Source: Squalus acanthias (Eukaryota). From it: 64,000 nucleotides of DNA. Positions 24,897-35,221 of this stretch are shown one piece after another. The notes under the pieces are model-generated. The model made no database searches. It was given only the letters and a program-made list of their open reading frames with translations, and was not told the origin of the DNA. The position numbers were made by a program, and so were the translations under genes. How positions within the stretch are numbered: the first letter of the stretch is position 1; every line of letters begins with the position of its first letter. The stretch covers positions 5,518,001-5,582,000 of the forward strand of contig CM059433.1 of NCBI GenBank assembly GCA_030390025.1, given 5' to 3'.

Positions 24897-26252
24897 GGGG
24901 GGAATTTTAACCTAAAAAAATGGGTGGGCTGGGAGCTTGGGGGTAGTTAAAGTGTTAAAAATGTGAATCCCAACCAGAACCGTCTCCTACCCGACTACTA
25001 TACGGTGGCATAGTGGTTAGCACTGGTGCCTCACAGCGCCAGAGACCCGGGTTCGAATCTGGCCTCGGGTGACTGTCTGTGTGGAGTTTGCACATTCTCC
25101 CCGTGTCTGCGTGGGTTTCCTCCGGGTGCTCCGGTTTCCTCCCACAGTCCAAAAATGTGCGGGTTAGGTGATTTGGCTATGATAAATTGACCCTTAGTGT
25201 TAGGGGGAGATTAAATATGTGGGGTTACAGGGATAGGATGGGATATGTTAGGGGGAATTAAATACGTGGGGTTACAGGGATAGAGTGGGATATGTGTCGG
25301 TGCAGGCTTGATGGGGATTCTGTGTGAGGGGGCAGGGACAGGGTACTGGATTTGGATGATCAGCCATGATCGTATTGAATGGTGGAGCAGGCTCGACGGG
25401 CCGAATGGCCTACTCCTGCTCCTAGTTTCTATGTTTCTATGTTACTTCCGGTTTTAAGGAAGGTGGGATGGGGACAGGCAGCCAACCCGCTGCCAGGAGG
25501 TGGGGGGGTCTAGTTAAATATTATAATGAGGCCGAAGTCTCTTCTTTAACCTCCTTTTTGTGTTTAATTGTAGCTGGTCGGGTTTTACACACCTCGTAAA
25601 ACCTGGCAGCTACAGCAAGGTGAGGACTGTTGCGTCCAGGAGGTAAGTGCCTTTACACTTACCTCCTGGATCCAGGGTCCCTGCCTAACTCACCCCGTGA
25701 TCTGAGACCCCCCCCCACCCCGAGGCCTATGATCCCTCCTCCAGGCCTCCAATGCCCCCCCCCTCCGGCCACCAATCCTCCTCCCAGGCCTCTGGTGCCT
25801 CCACGAGGCCTCCCCCCGTTGCTCCTCCCGCCTTCCCCGTGCAGCTCTCGGCCCCCAATCCCTTCAGACCCTCCCCCTGCCCCACCCCCCACCCCGCTCC
25901 TCCGGCCGCCCTGTGGCCCATCGCCCCCAATCTTCTGCAGACCACCTCCCGCCCTCCCGTGCTGCACCCGGCCCACGAATCTGGTGAGAGCCCCCCCCCC
26001 CCATTTGCTGCTCTAGCCGACCCCGGCCCCCATACAATCCCTCCCTCCCTCCTCTTTGCGGTCTAGTGCCGCAGACCTATGCGCCCGGAGCCAGCCAGCC
26101 TCTCAATCTGGCTGACTGCGGGTGGGAAACAGAGGCTTCCCATGCAAATCAGGCCCTGCCATTAAAGTCAGCAGGGCCTGCAGGAAACCCGTTCTCCCGG
26201 GTTTCCCGACCTCTTCAAAGGCCCCCCCCCATCCCTCATTATAATTCAGCCC
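24897..26252. mobile_element. Harbinger-type MITE (G/C-rich family) inserted in CR1
   Basis: TIR GGGGGGAATTTT / ATAATTCAGCCC. TSD AAA. Removing it restores the CR1 sequence cacaaagagtctgcaa. Confidence 0.85.
25000..25442 (+). mobile_element. HE1-like V-SINE (tRNA head, V domain, CR1 tail)
   Basis: A box GTGGCATAGTGG, B box GGTTCGAATC, V domain tgtgtggagtttgcacattctccccgtgtctgcgtgggtttcctccggg, CR1 tail. TSD TACT. Confidence 0.9.
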
Positions 26253-26358
26253 AAAGAGTCTGCAAGGGGATATAGACAGGTTAAGTGAGTGGGCAAGCAG
26301 GTGGCAGGTGGAGTATAATGTGGAGAAATGTGAAGTTATTCACTTTGGTAGGAAGAAT

Positions 26359-27299
26359 GGGGGGAAAATTCAGTTGGTTAGGGCCTGGTGGGGGCGCTGA
26401 TGCAGTAGCGCTGGGGCGAGACGAATCCAGCGGCGCACGGCAAATCTGGCTCCCCCCGTAGTGCCGCCGCTAACGGTTACCGCCGGAGACTTCAACACCA
26501 GGCAGATCGTGATGTCAGTGAGCGTGCAATGCTCACTGGGTGCCCGATCTGTAAAATTCATTGTCGCCCCCTGCCTTAGCGCCTTGCCCCGACAGCAACA
26601 GAGAGAGGAGGCCCTCGTCAAGTGGGCAGATGCTGGCTCAAGGGGTGCTACTTAAAGGGATCATGAGTAATGAGTCGCAGCTGTCAGGTTAGTGCTGTTT
26701 CACTGCTTCCTTGTCAGTTTGACATTGTGCAACAGTTTAATTCAGTCATTTAAAGGTTGTTCAGTATCAGGAGTGTTGTGGCTAATAACAATTAGTTACA
26801 TTTGTTCTCACAACATATCAAAGTGCTACACTTGGTTACATTAATGGGGGCTGTATTGGCAGTCGACCTCGCCCTCCAGGATCTACGGCGGAGGGAGCGG
26901 AGGCAGCGAGAAAGATTGGAACATGTGGCCAGAGGGTAAAGGGCCATGAGGGCTGCTAAGTCGTCCGGCTCCTTCTCCTTGCCCTGCTGCTGCTGGCTGA
27001 GATGTCTGCACCGCCAGCAATGATGAGAATGAGGTTCTGCAGCATCAAAGAACCTCCCTTTTAAGAAATGGAAGGAGCCTGTGGCAATGATGACTTGTGA
27101 TTAGACTGCACCTGATATCAGTCAGCGCTTCGAGTTTAACGCCACTAAGCTAGGCCATTAGCGCTTGATTTAACGCTCCAATCCTTTCTTTGTACAATGA
27201 GACTTAATTTTGCGTGCAGTCTGATGCATTAGCGCCTGGCGCTAATTCTCAAACTTTTCAAAAGTTACCGCCCATTCCTGGGCTATAATGAATTTCTTC
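26359..27299 (+). mobile_element. Internally deleted Harbinger element inserted in CR1
   Basis: Starts GGGGGGAAAATTCA. AAT flanks both ends. Transposase N-terminal remnant MGAVLAVDLALQDLRRRERRQR at ~26844. Motif gatcgtgatgtcag shared with 14802. Confidence 0.75.
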
Positions 27300-29007
27300 A
27301 ATATTTTTAAATGGTGAGAAACTATTAAATGTTGGTGTTCAGAGGGATTTGGGTGTCCTTATACATGAAACACAGAAAGTTAACATACAGCAAGCAATTC
27401 GGAAGGCAAATTGTATGTTGACCTTTATTGCAAGGGGGTTGGAGTACAAGGGTAAGGAAGTCTTGTTACAATTTTACAGGGCTTTGGTGAAACCACACCT
27501 GGAGTTCTGTGTACAGTTTTGGTCTCCGTACCTAAGTAAGGATATACTTGCCTTAGAGGGGGTGCAACCAAGGTTTACTAGATTGATTCCTGGAATGAGA
27601 GATTGAGTAGAATGGGCCTATACTCTCTGGAGTTAGGTATCATTGCCCCTCTCTGCATTTCCCGTCAAAATGTACGTTCACTTGTAAATAAGGGCCTTGT
27701 CATCCATGACCTTATTGTGGACGATTAAATTGACATCATGGCATTGACAGAGACATGGTTGAGGGGTGATGACACCTTTCCCCTTAATGAAGCTTCCCCA
27801 ACTGGCTATACTTTCCACCATATTCCACGCCTGTGGTGGTGGTGTAGTCCTTATATCTAAATCACACCTTGGTCTATCTCCCTACTCCTCCAGCAACTTC
27901 TCCTCCTTTGAGCATCTTACCTTGTTCCCTCCCTCCCGTCTCTCTTTCAAAATCCTTATTCTGTACTGCCCACCCAAATACCACACCAATTTTCTCAATG
28001 AGATATTTTCACTGCTTTCCTCCCTCTGCACCAAGCGACTTCTCATCCTTGGTGATTTCAACCTCCATTTCAACTCATCTTGCTCCCTCTCCTCTGAGTT
28101 CACTGCCCTCCTTTCCTCCCTTAATCTCTCCCGTCATGTCAACTCCCCCACCCATATACACGCCCACCCCCTCGATCTTATCATCTCATGTGGCCTCACT
28201 ATCCTCCTCGTAACCATCACCGATAAGGCAATTTCCGACCATTTCCTTATATCACACTCTACCCATATTCCCCTTCCCCCTCCTAAACTCACTTTTCATA
28301 TCCGCCCCTGGAAAAAACTCTTCAAGTCCCTTACCACTGCACTTTCTAATTCCCAAATACCTAGCCTTTGGCCTACTATTCTCCATGACATCTCTGCGGC
28401 TACTGACTTACTAAATCCCACCCTCTCCACCATCTTTGATGCCCTCATCCCCACTAAAATCATTACACCCTAGTCATTCCCCCTGGTATACCCCTCATCT
28501 CCGCTCCCTTAAGTCCAAGGGACGCAGACTTGAACGTCTTTGGCGGACAATTGGTATAATCATCCATCACCAGATTTGGCTAGGTCATATAAAGCACAAC
28601 CAGGTCCTGCTCTCCATCACTAAAACCGCCCACTATTCTAAGATCATCCAGGGTGGCAAAAACACCAGGCTTCTTTTCTCCACCACTGTCTTCTCAAACC
28701 ACACTCTCCTGCCTCCTCCTCCCTCACCTCCAACAATAAATGTGAGGAGCTTATGGACTTCTTTGTTAAAAAGATTGACAACATCCGTTCAACTTTTTCT
28801 GCTTTCAATTCCCTCCCTTCCCCATGCCCACCAGACCTAACTTCATCTCCGTTTTCCCGTCCTTACCCTAAATTTGCATATTTCTCTAATTTCTCTCCTG
28901 TCTTCCCTCTTGCCCTTTCAAAGCTCATCTCGTCAATGAGACCGACCTCCTGCTCTCTCGACCCTATTCCTACTAAATTGCTGACAACCCAACTTTCCTT
29001 CCTGGCT

Positions 29008-29213
29008 AAAATAACAACAGAAAACGCTGGAAAAACTCAGCAGGCCAGGCAGCATCCGTGGAGAGAGAAACAGAGTTAACGTTTCAGGTCGAAGACCTTT
29101 CGTCAGAACCTTTCGTTAACTCTGTTTCTCTCTCCACGGATGCTGCCTGGCCTGCTGAGTTTTTCCAGCGTTTTCTGTTGTTATTTCGGATTTCCAGCAT
29201 CCGCAGTATTTTG
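29008..29213. mobile_element. Penelope-like retroelement terminal fragment in inverted arrangement
   Basis: Perfect 73-bp IR (29009-29081 / 29114-29186). 15-bp TSD ctttccttcctggct (28993-29007 / 29214-29228). Related to 45549-45682. Confidence 0.75.
29074..29110 (-). ncRNA. Minimal type I hammerhead ribozyme motif
   Basis: Minus strand reads GGUU-CUGACGA-A-AGGUC-UUC-GACCU-GAAAC-GUU-AACU: both core boxes, a 5-bp stem II, palindromic ACGU stem III, and stem I GGUU/AACU. Confidence 0.65.
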
Positions 29214-31099
29214 CTTTCCTTCCTGGCTCCCATGTTAGTGGATATTGTTAACGGTTCTCTCTCCTCCGGTATTGTCCCCCTTTCCTTCAAATCTGCCGTA
29301 ATCACCCCTCTCCTCAAAAAACCAACCCTTGACCCCTCCGTCGTTGCAAATTATCGCCCCATCTCCAACTCCCGTTTCCTCTCCAAAATTCTTGAACGTG
29401 CTGTCGCCTCCCAAATCCATGCCCATCTTTCCCAGAACTCCTGTTTGAATCCCTCCAATCAGGTTTCCACCCCTGCCACAGTACTGAAACTGCTCTTACC
29501 AAGGTCACAAATGACATCCTAATTGATTGCGACAAAGGTAGTCTATCCCTTCTTGTCCTTCTGGACCTGTCTGCAGCCTTTGACACGGTTAACCACGAAG
29601 TTCTGCTCCAATGCCTTGCCATCATCCAGCTGGATGGGACTGCACTTGTCTGGTTTCATTCCTATCTTTCCAGCCATAACCATAGAATGGCCTGCAAGGC
29701 TTCTCTTCCCGGTCCTGCACTGTCACCTCTGGTGTCCCCCAAGGATCAATCCTTGGCCTCTCCTATTTATTATCTACATGCTCCCCCTCGGTGATATCAT
29801 CCGGCAACACAACGTGAGTTTTCACATGTACGCTGATGATACCCAGCTCTACCTCGCCTCCACCATCTCTATATTATCAGACTGCATGTCCAACATCCAG
29901 GACTGGATAAGTAGAAATTTCCTCCAATTAAATATCGGGAAGACCGAAGCTATTGTCTTCGGTTCACGCCACAAACTCCATTCCCTTTCCACTGATTCGA
30001 TCTCTCTCCCCGGCAACTGTCTAAGGCTGACCAAGTCTGTTCGCAACCTTGGTGTCATATTTGATCACGAATTGAACTTCTTACCTCATATCCGTTCTAT
30101 GACTAAGACTGCCCATTTCCACCTTCGTAGTATCACCCGCTTCGCCTTTACCTCAGCTTATTTGCTGCTGAAACCCTCATCACCTCTTGGCTTGACTATT
30201 CCATGCACTCCTGGCCGGCCTCTCTAGTTCTACCCTCCATAAACTTGAGGTCATCCAAAACTCTGCCGCCTGTGTGCTAATTCGAACTAAGTCCCGCTCG
30301 CCCACCTCCCCTGTGCTTGCTGACCTACATTGGCTCCCAGTTAAGCAATGCCTCGGTTTTAAAATTCTCATCCTTGTTTTCAAATCCCTTCACGGCCTCG
30401 CCTCTCCTCATCTCTGTAATCTCCTCCAGCCCTATAATCCCCCTAGACCTCTGCGCACCACCTATTCTGGGCTTTTGAACATCCCCAATTTTAAATACCA
30501 ACCATTGGTGGTCGTGCCTTCAGCTGCCTAGGTCCTAAGCTCTAGAATTCCCTCCCTAAATCTCTCCGCCTCTCCACTTCTCTTTCCTCTTTTAAGATGC
30601 TCCTTAAAACCAACCTCTTCGACCAAGCTTTTGGTCATCTGCCCTAACATCCCCTTATATGGCTTGGTGTCAAAACATTTTTTTTATAACACTGCTGTGA
30701 AGCACCTTGGGACATTCTATTACGTTAAAGGCGCTATATAAATATAAGTTGCTGTTGTTGTTGAGTTTATAAGAATGAGAGGTGATCTCATTAAAACATA
30801 TAAGATTCTGAGGGGGATTGACATGGTAGATGCGGAGAGGCTGTTTCCCTTAGCTGAAGAGTCTAGAACTAGGGGGCATAGTCTCAGAATAAGGGGCCAG
30901 CCATTTAGGACTGAGATGAGAAGACATTTCTTCACTCAGAGGGTGGTGAGTCTTTGGAATTCTCTACCTGAGGACTGTGGATGCTCAGTCATTGAGTATA
31001 TTCAAGGCTGAGATTGATAGATTTTTGGACTCTAAGAGAATCAAGGAATATGGGGATCGGGCGGGAAAGTGGAGTTGAAGTCAAAGATCAGCCATGATT

Positions 31100-31718
31100 T
31101 AGTTACACCCTCAAAAATAACAGATGTCAAAAACGATTTCCCTTTCATAAAACCGTGTTGACTCTGCCTAATCATATTGTGATTTTCCAAGTGCCCTGTT
31201 ATCACGTCCCTAATAATAGATTCTAGCATTTCCCTTACTGCTGATGTCAGGCTAACTGGCCTGCAGTTCCCTGTTTTCTCTCTCCCTCCTTTCTTGAACA
31301 ACGGGGTTACATTTGCTTCCTTCCAATCCACGGGGACAGTTCTAGAATCTAAGGAATTCTGGAAGATCAAAACCATTGCATCCACTATCTCTGCAGTCAA
31401 CTATTTTAAAACTGAAGGATGTAGGCCATCAGGTCCAGGGGATTTGTCCACTTTTAGTCCCATTAATTTCTCCAGTACTTTTTCTTTACTAATATTAATA
31501 TTTTAAGTTCCTCACTCTCATTAGACACTTGGTTCCCCACTATTTCCAGTATGTTCTTTGTGTCTTCTGTGAAAACAGATACAAAATATTTGTTTAAAGT
31601 CTCTGCCATCTCCTTATTCCACATTATAATTTCTCCTGCCTCTGCCTCTAAGGGACCCACATTTCTTTTGCTACTCTCTTACATACTTGTAAAAGCTCTT
31701 ACAATCTGTTTTTATATT
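31100..31718 (-). mobile_element. CR1 ORF2 internal fragment (upstream of RT core)
   Basis: AETLNKYFVSVFT; VPVDWKEANVTPLFKKGGREKTGNCRPVSLTS; SQHGFMKGKS. Confidence 0.9.
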
Positions 31719-31808
31719 TGTGATGTGATGGCAAGTACACTTGGCAAGAGAGAGTGGGGAGAGGGGAGGGTTGGTTGTACACCACAGGATGTAGGCAAAT
31801 GTACTCAC

Positions 31809-32041
31809 TTTTCCTGACCTGGTTAGGTCATTAAACCACTTCCTGCACTGCATCTATACTGGGGCACAATGCTCCAGCTGCTCACTTCCTCAGTCACCTC
31901 CAATCATACCTTCTTGGTGACAAGTTTCTTCCTCCCACTGCTAGGGAAAAGTGTATCCCTCCTGCTTCTGACTGCACCCAGCAATAATTCAAGGGAAGCA
32001 TCCCTGAATCTGGATGCCGGCCTTGCTCCTCGTGAATCCAT
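31809..32041 (-). pseudogene. Harbinger Myb/SANT exon 1 remnant
   Basis: MDSRGARPASRFRDASLELLLGAVRSRRDTLFP...QCRKWFNDLTRSGK|gtgagt. Confidence 0.75.
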
Positions 32042-33634
32042 GCTAAATACCTCCTGACTCCACCAAATTCCATTTTTGCATTGGCCCTTTTAATAGTGGA
32101 CTTCAAATTGCGTCATGCAGGTGTGCATCACGGCCGTGGCGCAGCTTAGAGACGCAAAACCCTGGATGTCAAAATTGAATGATTCAATCAAGTCAAAATG
32201 AGAGAATCTGAGCTGCTAAGTTTACTTCCAAGTTTTGAACACGCAATCGCCTCGCCCCCCCCCCCCCCCCCACACTTTACATTAATATCAACGCTATGAT
32301 GTAATAACTTAAGTTACAACAAACACATTGGGGGAGAGTTTGAGGCCTTCCGCCTGGCAGAAAAGGAGCAGTAGCACCCCAAAATTGGTGGGGATTGACT
32401 GACTGCCATATTTCCACTGTTGCTCTGGTCACCACAATCTTTCTCCAGAGTCTGGCGGCAGGCCTTTTTCATTTGCAAATTGGGTCTAAGGCTGTACATG
32501 GGATCCCCCTCTTCCATTTTAGGTCAGTACTGGGCGGGGCGTGCGCGCTGCATGCTCCACCCAGTATTAGCTGGTGGTCCAGCTGAAGTGGAGTCTAAAG
32601 GTAACTTTTACTGTATTGTTGTGGAGCAGAATTGCTCCTCCAGGCTCCAAAGCCAGGTGGGAGTAGTTGTATTTTTAATATTCTTTGACATGCACAAGCA
32701 TATTAGAAATCAATGGGGAAAATTGTAACCAAATATTCCAGATAAATTTTATATATTGTATATTATATTCTCTCTTGTTCAAAAAAAGTTGTAAACCCAG
32801 TTAATAAATGACATTTAAAAATATTTAAGAAGTAAAAACTTGGATGATTGAAGTCTACAGGAACCATGCATCATTTTATTTTATGGCACCAGCAGAAATG
32901 ATGTAATGATGTTCCCAACATTATTGACACCGCTGAAACATGAACGACGTAGGTCACATATTTATTTTTAAAAATCAACTTCCCAACAACGTGACAACGA
33001 TACTCCTTTAAATGCCACCTAACTGCACACTACCTAAATCGCTAAGAGCTATGTAATTTAGCAACATACACACACAGACACTGAGTAAATCCACAAATGA
33101 GAATCTAGCAGTTGCATTTTCTCATTATTACTTCGATCAGTACGACCAATTTCGGAAACTAATTGAGCGAGTGAAGTTTAAAAGTTCTAAACAATTTATT
33201 CTATAAGCTGTGGATTCAGAAAAAATGAAAATATGGGCTACCTTTGTCATAATATATGTTTATCTCTATCTAGCATTTTCAAGGCTGAGAAGGTTCTTTG
33301 TCTTGCCTTGCCGACATTAAACCTGTCAAGTATAACACCATTTATATTAATTTAGTGTCTTCTAGTGACAGCAGCTATTAAGGCTGCAATTATAATCCTA
33401 CATATGGAGGTTAGGTTTGTGTGTGTGGGTGGACAAGGAGCGGGCGAATAAAATTTCTGTTACTCTTACTCCAAGTCTAATAACAGATAATAACAGAGAT
33501 ACATAAATATGCTTGTAATTACTCTACGAGGATAAATTCATCACTTGCATATTACAATCTTGAAACTTCTACAAAGGTAATAGCCCAAATTTTCCACCGT
33601 TTCACACCAGCAATTGTGGCATGAAGTCAACATT

Positions 33635-34448
33635 GGGGGCCAGAAATATGGGCCGAATTCGACAATGCCAATTCCCCACCCAGTTCACAGTGCCCAACCA
33701 CTTTCTCTTGGGTGTAGAACATGTGCACGATGCTCTCACCCAAAACTGGCAGCACGCTAATTAGTATCTGAACAATAAATGTGTAAAGAGAGCGCAGACC
33801 CTCTGTCCTGTGCAGCATCAGGTGATTGCTGAGGTTGGTATTGTTGTTGGTGCTGCTGGTGTGCCTGGTGCTGCTGGTGTTGGGGGTCATCGTGGTCCGA
33901 TTCTGAGGACCAAGGTGAGACAGTATAAACGGCACCCATGATGATGGAATAGATGGCAGGTGAAAGTACAGATGACAGAAGCGATCTGTCAATGGTGAGA
34001 GAGGTAATGAGGTGAGACTGGATGGAGACTTATGGAAAAACTTGCTGCATGCTGAATCTGTTGTGGAAATGCAGTGAGAAACAGCTTGTGGCTGAGGAAT
34101 GTGATCTCAGTCAGGTGAGAGCTTTTACTGTACATTTGAAGCAGTCATGTAATCACTTGAAGCAATGGCCACTGAACTCCCGCCTCAGGTTGACAGACGT
34201 GGTTTCCATGGCCATGAAGTTAAAGTTAAAAAGTAAGGTAAAAAGCCTGTTAAGGGTTTAGTAAGTACATTATAATTAGTTTAATTGGGTCGCCCGCCGC
34301 TGCCCGTCGGGTCTGCTCAGTACTGACAGACCCGACATTGGGAAAGGCGCATTGACAGCGGGTTCCTGACCCGCTGTCAAAAAAAACCACTTTCCCACCT
34401 GACCCACCACCCCGATCCCGCCCGCTAACACCCCGGAAAATTCCAGCC
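33635..34448 (-). mobile_element. Deleted Harbinger derivative retaining the transposase N-terminus
   Basis: [23 protein letters not shown] (33939-33790) matches 47943. Terminus GGCTGGAATTTTCC (minus) matches 47401. Confidence 0.8.
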
Positions 34449-35221
34449 TTGATATCAGCAGCCAGTGAAATATGATCCTGTGCATAATGGTAACTTAAAA
34501 CATTCTTATCATAACAGTTCTAATTCATGTCTTTACTCTCTCACTGGTCCATCAAGTGCCCCTAGGAGGGATAGAAACCTAGTCTTGGGCGTTCATTGCC
34601 CCACTGATGTGCAGCAAGGTGCTCTCCAGCTCCTTGCTAGCAGGGAAGTGCGGGTGTCCCATGAGAGGAAGGATGGTGAGGGGACATGGAAGTGGGGACT
34701 CGACTCAAAGTGCTCCCACCTCTCCCCCGTTGCCTTCCCCTCAGTCAGAGCCCCATATGCTGCCTCAGATCCTGATGGCCGAGTCTGCCCCTGCACAGGT
34801 GCTAGAGGAGCAGTCTTTGGCGGGGCCCTCACAGGTTCCAAAACCCAGAGGACGTGTCTAAGCAACAGAGCAGCCTGCCTCTACCTCTGCTGAAGCCACA
34901 GCGGGTCCACGTCGTAGAAGTGTTAGGAAAATAAAAATGCCACAATTGTAGATGCACAAGGGTATGCACCAAGTTTCAGTTGTATTTATGAGTCACATAA
35001 ATTCATGTATTGGCACCACTTTCCCATCCTGTCCATTTTTGCCTGCTACCTGGGAGGTGGCCTTGTCACTTGGAGTGAATGGTAAGACATTACGTTACCT
35101 CGAGCAATGGGTGTGTGTGTGACAGGAATGGTTTGGTCATTTTAGGACTGCTTTGTGGATTTTTGGCGGAAGTGGGTGGGCGGTGGGATTTTGTTTGAAC
35201 ATATGGGTGCACTGGTGCAGC

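Larger units (their letters stand above)
27635..30762 (+). mobile_element. L2 LINE, almost complete ORF2 (endonuclease plus RT), decayed
   Basis: NVRSL...ALTETWL, LILGDFN, ISDH (APE domain); [20 protein letters not shown] (RT); tail gctatataaatataagttgctgttgttg. TSD GAGTT. Confidence 0.92.
24520..31097 (+). mobile_element. CR1 LINE split into four pieces (24520-24896, 26253-26358, 27300-27634, 30763-31097) by later insertions
   Basis: The pieces are consecutive parts of CR1 ORF2: FEDVTSRVDKGEPVDV; QVEYNVEKCEVIHFG; RALVKPHLEFCVQFWSP; RMRGDLIKTYKIL plus 3' UTR. Confidence 0.9.

Noticed and set aside
25000..25075. tRNA gene (also 57085-57159)
   Set aside because: The A/B boxes run straight into a V domain and LINE tail, so this is a SINE head.
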